From positions 6,958 through 70,957 of IMG/VR virus record IMGVR_UViG_3300028048_000004: a stretch of 64,000 nt of DNA. The stretch is one strand, 5' to 3'. The stretch's first letter is position 1, and each line of letters begins with the position of its first letter. The stretch is from a virus. Taxonomy: Duplodnaviria; Caudoviricetes. Of the stretch, positions 54,193-63,808 are shown one piece after another. The translations under genes and the position numbers were made by a program. The notes beneath the pieces were generated by a model that saw nothing but the letters and a program-made list of their open reading frames with translations, was not told where the DNA came from and ran no database searches.

Positions 54193-55896
54193 TCACGCTT
54201 GCCATGACATCACCGCCCCATATCCGTCTGCAAAGGACATTTCATACACTGTGTCTGCCTCAAGTGCCGTATAATCAAACCACTCAGGCATTGTAAACGT
54301 CTGCCCGCTCGCCGCATTCACTGTCAGCACCGTAGGCGTTGAGCCGCTCTCGAACTGAATATCCACGCACCCACTCGCCGGGAGGTTGACTGTCAGGATT
54401 GATACCTCTCCACAGATGTACCGCAGACCGGGGAGGGCGTTGATTGTGGGTGTTGTGCCGGTAACTGTGATTGAGCCGGAGAGCATTTCGTGGATTTTGC
54501 TTTTGGCATCTTCGGTGTAGTTGCCGACTGTGTTTGAGGATGCTGACTGAGTTGCGTCTCCTGCGGCTTTTGCGAGACCGTAGAAAGCAGAGTTGTGCTG
54601 ATACCCGGAAGTTATTGGTTTAAACGAATCAATACCCGGTTTTATTTGGGTGAGGGTTGCGTAATCCGTAAATATTGATTTATCATTGGCGTTCTGTGCT
54701 ATACCTCTTCCCAACTTAAGTGCAACAAGACCGAAATTCCCCGGATCATCACCAGATGCCGGGAGCATAGCAACAGGAATATCTCCCCACTCGGTGTCAT
54801 AATCCGTGCCGCTTGACTTCTTAAGCACCTGCCCTGTCGTGCCGCCTGTGGGCACGCCTTCACCCGGTGAGCCGTTCGGAACATCAAAGCTGATTCCCCC
54901 CGGATGGTCTGCATCCGTGATGGTTACCCGATGACCGCCTGTGATATCTTCAACCGTGATGGTTGGTGATACGCCGGGGATGCCTTGGATACCCTGTGCG
55001 CCAGTGTCTCCTTTTGCTCCTGTGTCTCCTTTCGCTCCGGTATCGCCTTTATCGCCTTTGTCTCCTTTATCGCCCTTTGCTCCGGTGGCTCCAGTTGCTC
55101 CGGGATCACCTTTGTCACCCTTATCTCCTTTTTCACCTGCCGGGATACCAAGCGAAAGAGTATTTGTGTCTCCATCCCAATCAGCAGTTGCGGAAGAACC
55201 GGAAGTAAGAGTATCTGCTTCAACATTCATATTCTGGATGCTTTCAGCGTACCTTTGTGCGTCTTGTGCGGAAGTCTGGGCTGTGTTTGCTGACTGAGAA
55301 GCCGCACCTGCCGACTGAGAGGCGGATGTCGCTGACTGTGATGCGTTTGTTGCCGACTGACCTGCATTTGTCGCTGACTGAGCCGCATTCCCCTCTGCCT
55401 CTTCAGCCCCTTCCTTATACCCCTTCGCCTCTTCCGCACTGTCCGCCGCATCCGAAGCCGATGCCTCTGCCGATTCTGCATCCTGCCCTGTCTGGGTGAC
55501 TGCGGAGTTGAGCGCCGCAATAGCCTGTGTGATGGCATCCTGCTGTACAGGTGTTGGTTCTGTTTCTGTGGGTTCTGGTCTAGGTACAACCGGCATCTTT
55601 ATTCTATACCGTGTTTCACCGTCCGTTTCAGTATCGTGTAATACGATAAACGCATATACTGGTTCACCACTTACTACATACTCATCTGGTATTGCTACAC
55701 TACCATCTGCATAAATTTGTGGTTTTGAGTATCCGGTTTTTTCGTGATTTGAAAAATGAACTTCAAATGTTGGTGGTAAATCTAATCCTTCTATCTGTAA
55801 AATTTGTCCCCAATCGTGTTGCCACAATTTTGGTACAATTACAGTTCTTCCACCGTTTGTAAATCGTGCTACAGCTATATGATTGCTCTCACTCAT
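54193..55896 (-). CDS. BppU-like N-terminal domain + Ala/Ser stalk + collagen Gly-X-Y fibre protein
   Basis: LWQHDWGQILQIEGLDLP; GEKGDKGDKGD triplets; GGTTGQVLKKSSGTDYDTEW. Confidence 0.7.
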   Translation of the reverse strand: MSESNHIAVARFTNGGRTVIVPKLWQHDWGQILQIEGLDLPPTFEVHFSNHEKTGYSKPQIYADGSVAIPDEYVVSGEPVYAFIVLHDTETDGETRYRIKMPVVPRPEPTETEPTPVQQDAITQAIAALNSAVTQTGQDAESAEASASDAADSAEEAKGYKEGAEEAEGNAAQSATNAGQSATNASQSATSASQSAGAASQSANTAQTSAQDAQRYAESIQNMNVEADTLTSGSSATADWDGDTNTLSLGIPAGEKGDKGDKGDPGATGATGAKGDKGDKGDKGDTGAKGDTGAKGDTGAQGIQGIPGVSPTITVEDITGGHRVTITDADHPGGISFDVPNGSPGEGVPTGGTTGQVLKKSSGTDYDTEWGDIPVAMLPASGDDPGNFGLVALKLGRGIAQNANDKSIFTDYATLTQIKPGIDSFKPITSGYQHNSAFYGLAKAAGDATQSASSNTVGNYTEDAKSKIHEMLSGSITVTGTTPTINALPGLRYICGEVSILTVNLPASGCVDIQFESGSTPTVLTVNAASGQTFTMPEWFDYTALEADTVYEMSFADGYGAVMSWQA

Positions 55897-55910
55897 ATAA
55901 CATCACTCCT

Positions 55911-57584
55911 TTACTTGCGATCAAACTGTGCTGATTGCATCATCAAATCTGATTCCTGTGCTTGTCTGTTTTCCTCGTCTATTTTTGCTAATGCTTCTCT
56001 TGCCTGTGCTTCTGTTTCACCGAAGTACCACATACGATTTTCAAGTTTAGATGTAAGACCATTCTGCATCAATGTGAGACGCTTATTTATTTCCTCATCA
56101 ATATCAACAATAATACTATCGTCCCACTCGAAATTAACTTCATATTCACCTTCCGGGGTAATCTCATACAATGTTGCATAAACGTTCATTACATAAATAA
56201 CATCTCGTACAGCATCTTCAATAGCTCGCTGAATGTCTGCGTTTGTCTGATAAGAACGTTGTCTGAGGATTTTTAATTCTGTAGCAGTTCTTGCTACATC
56301 TGCACTATCAGACAGTGTACCCCTACTTATACCACACACATCTTCTATGCGCATGAGTACGGTGTTAAGACCTTGAATATAATTTGTGTCTCTAAGCGCC
56401 GGTGTAAACGGATTATAAGTATCGGAGTCAGAACCTAAGTCAACTTTTCTAAACAGTCGTTGCTGTAAATGATTTGACTTAGAATGAATGTTTCCCTGAT
56501 CATCTAGTTCTGGACGTAGTGCATCACGGTCAATGTCAATCGCCATCTCACCGGCTTCATATTCCCAAAGCAGTCTGCTGTATTGCATATCCGCATCACG
56601 AATAAGATTTACTGCTCTACTAAATCCAGATACGCCTAATGGACTGCTAGGATCAACCGTATTTGCTTCCGGCATTCTAAAATAACCAAACAACGGTTTT
56701 GTTACATTTTTAATCGTTGCTTTCGGCTCCAATTCTTTCCATTCCGGTACTTCAGACAGTTGGATTTCCTCGCCTAAATCTGCGTTGTCTGTATCTCCTG
56801 TACTTCTCACATTATTTGAGCGGTATGCTTTATTAATGACTGTGACAACATTATTTTCCCATTTATGATATTCCAGTCTACGGTAGATTTGATTTTTCTC
56901 TACTTTAGATTGTACAAATGCCGCCTCTGTAATTCGTCCAGAAGCATCAAAAGCAAGTGGATAAAAAGCGTCCGCCTGTATAAAATCAAATTCTATTTCG
57001 ACTGTAGGTGTCAAGTCAGAGTCAACACCCTCACTATTACTCGCTTTATTAGTTACTATATAAGGTTTTATAACTAATCCGCCTTTAGCAATTCCATACT
57101 CTATTTGCTTTCTTAACTGTTTTTTCAGCTTCTTATACTGACGCTCTAAATACTCTGCTCTGGATGTATCACCAACTGGACGCTCTTCCATAATTGTTTC
57201 CGGTGCAGTTGGTTGTGGAATTGGAACTTGTTCCCCGTCTGCCCCAATCGTAAATTGCTGTTCGCCCGGATAATCTGGATTTGGAACTTCTACCTCTTCC
57301 ACGGGCGCTGTTATCTCTGACTCCAATTCCAGTAATGCGGTTCTTGCTTTTTCACTTGCAATCATAGCAGGAAGTCCAAGAGATGCTACTAATGTTGGAT
57401 CGTTATCGTCCGGCTCATGTAACCACGGTGCTTTATTCAGATATAAATTTGTCCATGTTTGAATTGCTGTTTCCATTTTAGGTGAAATAGCATAGGACAC
57501 GTGTAGTTCATTTTGGATTGTTCTACTTCCTATCATGCCACGTATTAACTCCCTCAACTTTGATATAATACTTGACCATTTCAT
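55911..57584 (-). CDS. Portal protein (SPP1 Gp6/A118 type)
   Basis: IASEKARTA; GISRGTLS; TATE; WDDSII; YFGETEAQA. Confidence 0.9.
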   Translation of the reverse strand: MKWSSIISKLRELIRGMIGSRTIQNELHVSYAISPKMETAIQTWTNLYLNKAPWLHEPDDNDPTLVASLGLPAMIASEKARTALLELESEITAPVEEVEVPNPDYPGEQQFTIGADGEQVPIPQPTAPETIMEERPVGDTSRAEYLERQYKKLKKQLRKQIEYGIAKGGLVIKPYIVTNKASNSEGVDSDLTPTVEIEFDFIQADAFYPLAFDASGRITEAAFVQSKVEKNQIYRRLEYHKWENNVVTVINKAYRSNNVRSTGDTDNADLGEEIQLSEVPEWKELEPKATIKNVTKPLFGYFRMPEANTVDPSSPLGVSGFSRAVNLIRDADMQYSRLLWEYEAGEMAIDIDRDALRPELDDQGNIHSKSNHLQQRLFRKVDLGSDSDTYNPFTPALRDTNYIQGLNTVLMRIEDVCGISRGTLSDSADVARTATELKILRQRSYQTNADIQRAIEDAVRDVIYVMNVYATLYEITPEGEYEVNFEWDDSIIVDIDEEINKRLTLMQNGLTSKLENRMWYFGETEAQAREALAKIDEENRQAQESDLMMQSAQFDRK

Positions 57585-57662
57585 TTATTGTTCCTCATTC
57601 ATTACAGACATGCTTTACTCTTTATATGTATTATAACACATAATTCATATTTGTACATGCTT

Positions 57663-57974
57663 TTATCTTCTTCTAGGACGTTTTTTATAATCTCCCGCTG
57701 TAAATCCCATAGCTTCTGCCTGTCGTAATGCATCTTTATAAGATATTGCAGAAAATGTATGGATTCCTAAAATTGGATTAGAAAACGTATAAGTATCGGA
57801 TCTAGATCCCTCAAATTCTCTCTCAGTTCCCCAATCTTTTGGTGTAAGTTCCCGTCTCTGTCCTGCATCATCATTTCCGTAATATCCAGTGCCGTTAGGA
57901 TTAGCACTAGGATATTTACCCATATAGACTTTCTTCTTATTTACACTATCCCAACCATATGCATATTTTGCCAT
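57663..57974 (-). CDS. Hypothetical basic protein
   Basis: Coupled to the DUF4417-like gene. Confidence 0.55.
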   Translation of the reverse strand: MAKYAYGWDSVNKKKVYMGKYPSANPNGTGYYGNDDAGQRRELTPKDWGTEREFEGSRSDTYTFSNPILGIHTFSAISYKDALRQAEAMGFTAGDYKKRPRRR

Positions 57975-58624
57975 TATATAGCCACCTTAGAATTGATTAA
58001 TCTCTTAAATACAATATTGCCGGGTAACTCTTTGGATAAATCTTTTCCATATAACAGAATTGTTTCCGGTTCTAGTTTATCCATAACTCTTTCCCAATTT
58101 GCTTTCAACGCTTTGAAGTTTGCCCATCTACCCTCACCCATCGTAGATATTGCTATTGTACTGTGTTTCGGCACACCGTCAAGACACCAATCTAAATCTT
58201 CGTCGTTGCCCCAGGTAATTGTAGGAATAACTTTCATTCCGTGTTCTTGCCAATATCTACCACACCACATTTTACGATAAATATTAAACACTTTCAGTGC
58301 TTTAGGTATATCCGCATACGGAGAAAAATCAGGAGATAAAACGAACGCAAATTTTGACAGACATTCTGTATATCTATCTGGATATTTCCACACACGTTCA
58401 AATTGATAATCATGTAGAAAGAAATGCACTCCTACATTCTCCGGATGTTGTTCTTTTAAAGCATAATTAAATCCTTGTAAAGGTACGTCCGATAAATTAT
58501 CAATATGTACTGGATACATCGGAGGTATGCCGTATTCCCCTACGCCCTCAAATTGAGCATAAACAAGATTATGAATATTCTGTTCTAATATTCGGGTCTG
58601 ATGCTTTCCTCCATCGTAATGCAT
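57974..58624 (-). CDS. DUF4417-like protein
   Basis: VHFFLHDYQFERVW...LSPDFSPY...N.YR...G.YWQ..G.KVIPT..W. Confidence 0.8.
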   Translation of the reverse strand: MHYDGGKHQTRILEQNIHNLVYAQFEGVGEYGIPPMYPVHIDNLSDVPLQGFNYALKEQHPENVGVHFFLHDYQFERVWKYPDRYTECLSKFAFVLSPDFSPYADIPKALKVFNIYRKMWCGRYWQEHGMKVIPTITWGNDEDLDWCLDGVPKHSTIAISTMGEGRWANFKALKANWERVMDKLEPETILLYGKDLSKELPGNIVFKRLINSKVAI

Positions 58625-59935
58625 TTAATTGCCCCTTCGATTTGCGTATTTTTCCATTGCATAACGTACAGCGTCTATACTGTGATTATCGGCATCTGGA
58701 TAAGCTGATATAAAATTACCGTCTTTATCCATTTCATATTCATATTGCGTAAATTCCCTAAATGTATAAGGACACCGACGCTTATCTATATAAATATGTC
58801 TTAGTCCCTGCAACCACTTTATACCGTATCTAACACTATCTGGCCCTTTTGCTGCCCCTCTTATAAAAGCACCGTATGCTTTAAAGTCCATTATAGACTT
58901 TGGTTCAGCACTATCTGCTATAAGCAACTCATCTTTTCGAATTTTCTTTTCTTCGTTATACAAAGCATCGAATACAGTTTTATTTCGACAATGTGTTGTA
59001 CGATACTCATCAAATATATACAAATCTAAGTGATTTCTATCGAAATGACATCTTACAAATTGAAACGGGTCTTTTGCAAAACCCCAGTCAAGACCACAAT
59101 AGATATTAGAAAATGTTTGCCACTTAGGTAATACTGCTATAGTATTTCCATTGGCATCAAATCTAGGAACAGGTTCATTCATGTCCATATCACAAACATT
59201 TTGAAATACATCCCCACCAGTACCCGTAGCAATACCCATATATTCATGCATATATGCTTTTGGATTTATTTGTTTTAAATCTTCTGCTTCGTTAATAAAT
59301 TCGTCGCCGAGCCATTCCGGAGGAACATCCAGATATGTATTTCTTACAACTAATGTGCTGTCTTGTCTATATACTTCACAATCTTCAGTGTATTCATTCG
59401 CCCAGTTGTTTTTACTGATAGGTGGATTGAATGTTCTAAAATCCCAGAACTTATCTCCACCACGCATTGTGGACTGCGTAACAGTACGCAACTCGTTTTC
59501 ACCGGAGAATTGATCTAATTCCTCAAACCATGTTATTCCTATATATCCAAATGGAGGCTTTATAGATTTTACTTTCATAGGATCATCTAATCCCATAAAG
59601 TAAATTTTTTGTCCCGTAGGTAAATAAGTGATCGGTGTACTATAAGTTTTTGGTATCTTGAATAGGTGCTCTAGATGGAGTTGATAAATTCCCCAAACAA
59701 CCTGTGAAAAAATACTATTTTGAATAGTATTTGCAACTTTACGAAAACAAATTGCATGACACATCGGATTCTGCACAATAAGCAGGGGAATATCGATTCC
59801 CCCCACAAACGATGATTTTGTACTACCGCGACCACCTGGAAAAACATAATGCGTATGACGATGCTCTAATATATCTTGTAGAACATCATCATACATTGGA
59901 ATTATACAATCTTTAAGTGAAATTACTGTTGACAT
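58625..59935 (-). CDS. terL: Terminase large subunit (PBSX type)
   Basis: GGRGSTKSS; WFEEL; FNPP; GLDWGF; ADSAEP; DADNHSIDAVRY. Confidence 0.95.
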   Translation of the reverse strand: MSTVISLKDCIIPMYDDVLQDILEHRHTHYVFPGGRGSTKSSFVGGIDIPLLIVQNPMCHAICFRKVANTIQNSIFSQVVWGIYQLHLEHLFKIPKTYSTPITYLPTGQKIYFMGLDDPMKVKSIKPPFGYIGITWFEELDQFSGENELRTVTQSTMRGGDKFWDFRTFNPPISKNNWANEYTEDCEVYRQDSTLVVRNTYLDVPPEWLGDEFINEAEDLKQINPKAYMHEYMGIATGTGGDVFQNVCDMDMNEPVPRFDANGNTIAVLPKWQTFSNIYCGLDWGFAKDPFQFVRCHFDRNHLDLYIFDEYRTTHCRNKTVFDALYNEEKKIRKDELLIADSAEPKSIMDFKAYGAFIRGAAKGPDSVRYGIKWLQGLRHIYIDKRRCPYTFREFTQYEYEMDKDGNFISAYPDADNHSIDAVRYAMEKYANRRGN

Positions 59936-59936
59936 A

Positions 59937-61292
59937 TCATAATCCTATAATACACTTCCACGTCTTTGGCCCGCAAATACCATCTGCATCTAATTTGTGA
60001 GCATTCTGGTAATTTTTAATCGCCCAAACTGTTTTCGGCCCCGCTTCGCCATCTAACACAAGTGGTTGTCCATCTGAACCGTTGTATCCCTTGCCCTTTA
60101 ACAGTGTTTGCAAAAGCAAAGCAGATTTTCCAGTTGTGCCGTTTTGCACTGTGGTTGTTTCAAACATGTAATTCGTCTCCTTTTTCACAGGTGTAACTGT
60201 TTCTGGTACACTTCCGCCGGATGCAACTATGCTATAATCGGGGATGAAGTATTTTGTATGTTGGGAAAGTTCGTTAATAGAATATACCTTCTCACACACT
60301 CCACCACCATTAGCAATTATACCAGATGCACCAGAAGTATTTCCTTCAATCGTTGTTATCGAATATTTAGAAACTTCTTTTACAATTCCTGTATGAGCAT
60401 ATTCGCCACCCTTGTAAAACAGAATAATACTGCCTCGTTTTGGTGTCTTATTACTTGTCATATCTGCAAGAGTAGGACAATAAACAAAAGGCCAGTGCTT
60501 CAGTAGTTTTCTAGCGATTTCCAGTCCAAACGCTCTCATAAAACACCACGATACAAAATCCGCACACCACGGTTGCCCCTGATATACAGGATATGTATCT
60601 CGCCAATATTTAGTGTAGTTTCTACTTCCTGCATTCAGTGTTTTGCTGTCAAGTTCTGCAAGAGATGCTTTTTCCAGATAACCCTTTTCTGCACTTGCTA
60701 TATTTAACACTTTAGTTATAGCTTGGTCAGTGGTCATTGAGTTTTTCTCCCTTGTTGCAAACTGTTTATAAAACCGCATTGATGCATCATACCGTTCGTT
60801 TTTGATAGTTGCCCCAGTATCTGCTGGTTGCTCAAATCTTATAAGAACCGTATCAGACGCATCTTTTACATCATGTGTGGTTGTCAATATAAGCCACACA
60901 GAACGGAAACTCATTTTTAATTCCGTCACTAGATATTCAAGCTGTGTATCTAAATCACCTATAGATTTCCCCCGTGATTTACATAAATCATACAACTTTT
61001 CTTTTCTGCTTGGGCTTGTCCATTGCGCAAGTCCATAACCATACTGTTTTCCGGGTAACGGGTGTAAAAAGGAATTTCTGCTAATTGTCCCGTCATCCAC
61101 AAATGCAGTGTACGTTGCATCTGTATAAATTTTACCCAATTCACGTAAACGCTTTAAACATAGAATTTCTACTTTGTTTGGGATTAGTCCAGACTCACAC
61201 TGTAAATTTCCCATGAGTCCAGATGCCCCCTCTTGTGTTAACCCAGAATCTACTAAATATTTAAAGATCTTCGCTTCATGCATATGTATCAT
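59937..61292 (-). CDS. Endolysin: phage-tail-lysozyme domain + CHAP + PG-binding domain
   Basis: GLMGNLQCESG...GYGLAQWT; QPWCADFVSW...HTGIV...IEGNT; DGICGPKTW. Confidence 0.85.
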   Translation of the reverse strand: MIHMHEAKIFKYLVDSGLTQEGASGLMGNLQCESGLIPNKVEILCLKRLRELGKIYTDATYTAFVDDGTISRNSFLHPLPGKQYGYGLAQWTSPSRKEKLYDLCKSRGKSIGDLDTQLEYLVTELKMSFRSVWLILTTTHDVKDASDTVLIRFEQPADTGATIKNERYDASMRFYKQFATREKNSMTTDQAITKVLNIASAEKGYLEKASLAELDSKTLNAGSRNYTKYWRDTYPVYQGQPWCADFVSWCFMRAFGLEIARKLLKHWPFVYCPTLADMTSNKTPKRGSIILFYKGGEYAHTGIVKEVSKYSITTIEGNTSGASGIIANGGGVCEKVYSINELSQHTKYFIPDYSIVASGGSVPETVTPVKKETNYMFETTTVQNGTTGKSALLLQTLLKGKGYNGSDGQPLVLDGEAGPKTVWAIKNYQNAHKLDADGICGPKTWKCIIGL

Positions 61293-61789
61293 TCCTCACT
61301 GTCTCTTGTCCAGTCAAGTTTTATTTCAATCCGCTGATCTGAGTTTCCTGCTTGTCGGTTTTCTATGTCTATCGTTCTTTTCGCAAGTTCTTGTGCTGCT
61401 CGTGTTCGTTCCGATAAAGGAGCCTCTAAGCCAAATTGATCCTTCACTTCTCCGCGCATCACTGCTGTAAAATACGACATTACCTCCTGAGCAGTAGCAA
61501 CTGTTTCGGGTTTAAGCTCTTCGTTTATCACTCGAACAATCTCCTTTTTTACATTTGGCTGATTTAACATTTTATATGCAGCATTTCTATACGACACGTC
61601 ATTTTCCAGTTGCAGTCCTGTATCCTTCAGTGCTTGAATTGCTACCCCACACTTAATATAATTAGTAACGAATTTTTGCTCTAATGCTGTGAGGGGCGTG
61701 CTCTCAGTAATACTGCCACATCCCGACCCTCTGCCCGGCGCTTGGCGTGGCTTCGGGCGAGACTTCACTTGCTTCTCTTGTTCCCGCAT
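61289..61789 (-). CDS. terS: Terminase small subunit
   Basis: FVTNYI...AAYKMLNQPNV...ATAQEVMSYFTAVMRGE. Confidence 0.85.
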   Translation of the reverse strand: MREQEKQVKSRPKPRQAPGRGSGCGSITESTPLTALEQKFVTNYIKCGVAIQALKDTGLQLENDVSYRNAAYKMLNQPNVKKEIVRVINEELKPETVATAQEVMSYFTAVMRGEVKDQFGLEAPLSERTRAAQELAKRTIDIENRQAGNSDQRIEIKLDWTRDSEE

Positions 61790-62093
61790 ACTGTTTTTTT
61801 AACTCCTCCCATGTATCGTTATCGGTGGGAACTTCCCAACCATTTAATTCATACCAGTAATCCCGCAACCACAATACCATCTGTACTTGTGAATAAGTAC
61901 GAAACAGCTCAACATTATGCCTGTATAACTTATCACCGTCAGTTATGCTCTGCTTTATAACATAACTGGTAATTGTTCTGCCCTTATCCTTGCTATACCA
62001 TTGCTGTGTGTTTATCAATAATTTGGCGCCATCTCCAGTTGACTGATTTATAGCCGACTGGAGTTTTTTGGCAAGGCGGGCATAACTTGCCAT
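61704..62093 (-). CDS. Hypothetical protein
   Basis: ORF track. Confidence 0.55.
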   Translation of the reverse strand: MASYARLAKKLQSAINQSTGDGAKLLINTQQWYSKDKGRTITSYVIKQSITDGDKLYRHNVELFRTYSQVQMVLWLRDYWYELNGWEVPTDNDTWEELKKQYAGTREASEVSPEATPSAGQRVGMWQYY

Positions 62094-62111
62094 TAACGAC
62101 GCCTCCGTCGT

Positions 62112-62390
62112 CTACTCCGTGTTACTCTCCGTTTCCTGGTTACCGTCTGTCGAATTCGTGCCATAATCATTCCCTACTTTCTGTGAAATATTACTACCGT
62201 TAATATCTTCCATATCCTGGGATACCGTCGTTTCCTCAACAGGCAAAGAAATGTACCAAAGAAATCCGGCTACAGTTGTTGCCTCAACAGCTACCATAAC
62301 TAAAAATGCTATAAACCACCTACGGGCACTTGCCTTAAGTTCCTGAAATATTTCTGTTGCCAACGTTGTACCTTCCTTGTCCATGTACAT
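62112..62390 (-). CDS. Single-TM membrane protein
   Basis: Start MYMDKEG after GAGG RBS; RWFIAFLVMV TM segment. Confidence 0.6.
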   Translation of the reverse strand: MYMDKEGTTLATEIFQELKASARRWFIAFLVMVAVEATTVAGFLWYISLPVEETTVSQDMEDINGSNISQKVGNDYGTNSTDGNQETESNTE

Positions 62391-62750
62391 AGGTACCTCC
62401 TCTATTAATATATAACACACTATTGGTAACCTGTAAAGTAGACATTTCTGCCTGCCTTGTTTTTCTGTATACACACCCTGTCCATACTGGATTCGTTGTG
62501 CCCGGACACTTTCCTTCTTGGTAACGTTTGCATGCCGGGCAAATGCCGTTCAACTGCTGCTCTTTGTTCTCTGCTGTTCCCTCGATTTTATACATATTAT
62601 TTCCTCATTCTGTAACATATTGTTGATAGTGCATTGTTTCTTGTATAGTTTCCACAACTGCCATTTTATTTCCTCCGGGAATAAAAAATACCCTATTGTG
62701 AAAAGTGTACAGCACTTTCGGTCTATTTACTGCCCGGAGGACTTCGTGCC

Positions 62751-62972
62751 CTATAATATGTTACTTGCGATTATATTGTCCAGTACCCACTTTTCCCGCC
62801 AGCCGTATGTCCAGTCTGTATAATCATGCATTGCGTCGCTGTTATCGTTTTCCGGCAACGGTCCAACTGCATAGCCGTGTGCAAGCTTTTGTATCTGACC
62901 CCATCCGGGAACAAGTAATGTTTCCCCGCTTACCAGTGCTCTCATTGCTTTCCGCACTTCCTTGATCGTCAT
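62751..62972 (-). CDS. Small early hypothetical protein
   Basis: GGAGG RBS. Confidence 0.55.
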   Translation of the reverse strand: MTIKEVRKAMRALVSGETLLVPGWGQIQKLAHGYAVGPLPENDNSDAMHDYTDWTYGWREKWVLDNIIASNIL

Positions 62973-62987
62973 ATCCTCTTCCTCCCT

Positions 62988-63110
62988 TTACTGTACATAT
63001 TTACAAGCCAGTTCTCCATTGCTCTCTGCCACTATTTCCAATGCTTCCTGCCTGTCTGTTACGCCAATACCCTGCTCCCAACTGTCGTCTCTAAAGTATA
63101 CATACCACAT
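62988..63110 (-). CDS. 40-aa early hypothetical protein (not in ORF track)
   Basis: AGGAG RBS; MWYVYFRDDSWEQGIGVTDRQEALEIVAESNGELACKYVQ. Confidence 0.5.
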   Translation of the reverse strand: MWYVYFRDDSWEQGIGVTDRQEALEIVAESNGELACKYVQ

Positions 63111-63179
63111 GCTGCTGTTCTCCTGTTTTGAGTGTTTGTAATGTGCCCGCCTATGTCCCGGACGGGCACGGGTATTACT

Positions 63180-63386
63180 TTAAACTGGAAAATCCTTACC
63201 TGTTGCCGTAAGCAAATCCATACCCCTAAAATACTTATCTACTCGCTGTTCCAATTTCTTGATATGTCGCATAATACTGCTTGCCGTTGCCTTGTCCAAA
63301 TTCCGGTAAACTTTGATATGCCCACCCGTGAATGTACCACAATACATCACATCGTTGTCCAACCTGTTCCCTGCCCAGTCCTTCAT
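63180..63386 (-). CDS. Small early hypothetical protein
   Basis: AAGGAGG RBS. Confidence 0.55.
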   Translation of the reverse strand: MKDWAGNRLDNDVMYCGTFTGGHIKVYRNLDKATASSIMRHIKKLEQRVDKYFRGMDLLTATGKDFPV

Positions 63387-63434
63387 CTTATCCTCCTTCT
63401 GGGCAGTTTAGCCGCTGCCCGTCGGCTTATATGT

Positions 63435-63728
63435 TTACACCTGTGCCATCTTCTCTTCCATTATGTCTAAGCACTGCTCGATGTAATCGCACACTTCATT
63501 CCATACACGATAATTGGTTGTGAGTTTCTTCACTTCATCAAACAATGTCATCTCAGTCGCTTTTTTAAGTACATCCAGCTTTGTTTCTGTAACGATGACC
63601 CACGGTACAAAACTGTTTCCGCCCAGTGTTTCTCTGAAATTCTTAATGCTAGTTCCTTCGCAAGCAACGCTTGTAATATTCTCGTTTCCCGCCCAGTGTC
63701 CGATAGCCAAATACTTCTTCATCTCCAT
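63435..63728 (-). CDS. Small early hypothetical protein
   Basis: GAGGAGG RBS downstream of a promoter. Confidence 0.6.
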   Translation of the reverse strand: MEMKKYLAIGHWAGNENITSVACEGTSIKNFRETLGGNSFVPWVIVTETKLDVLKKATEMTLFDEVKKLTTNYRVWNEVCDYIEQCLDIMEEKMAQV

Positions 63729-63779
63729 ATCCTCCTCTGCCGTGTACCGGGTCCAGTGCCCGTCCTCTACTGTACTTAT

Positions 63780-63808
63780 ATTATACTACACGAATATCTA
63801 TATGTCTA
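63780..63808 (-). promoter_or_regulatory. Early promoter
   Basis: TAGACA-17-TATAAT. Confidence 0.7.

Noticed and set aside
54960-55150. Tandem 9/18-bp repeats
   Set aside because: Explained by collagen Gly-X-Y coding in the fibre gene; not a separate element.
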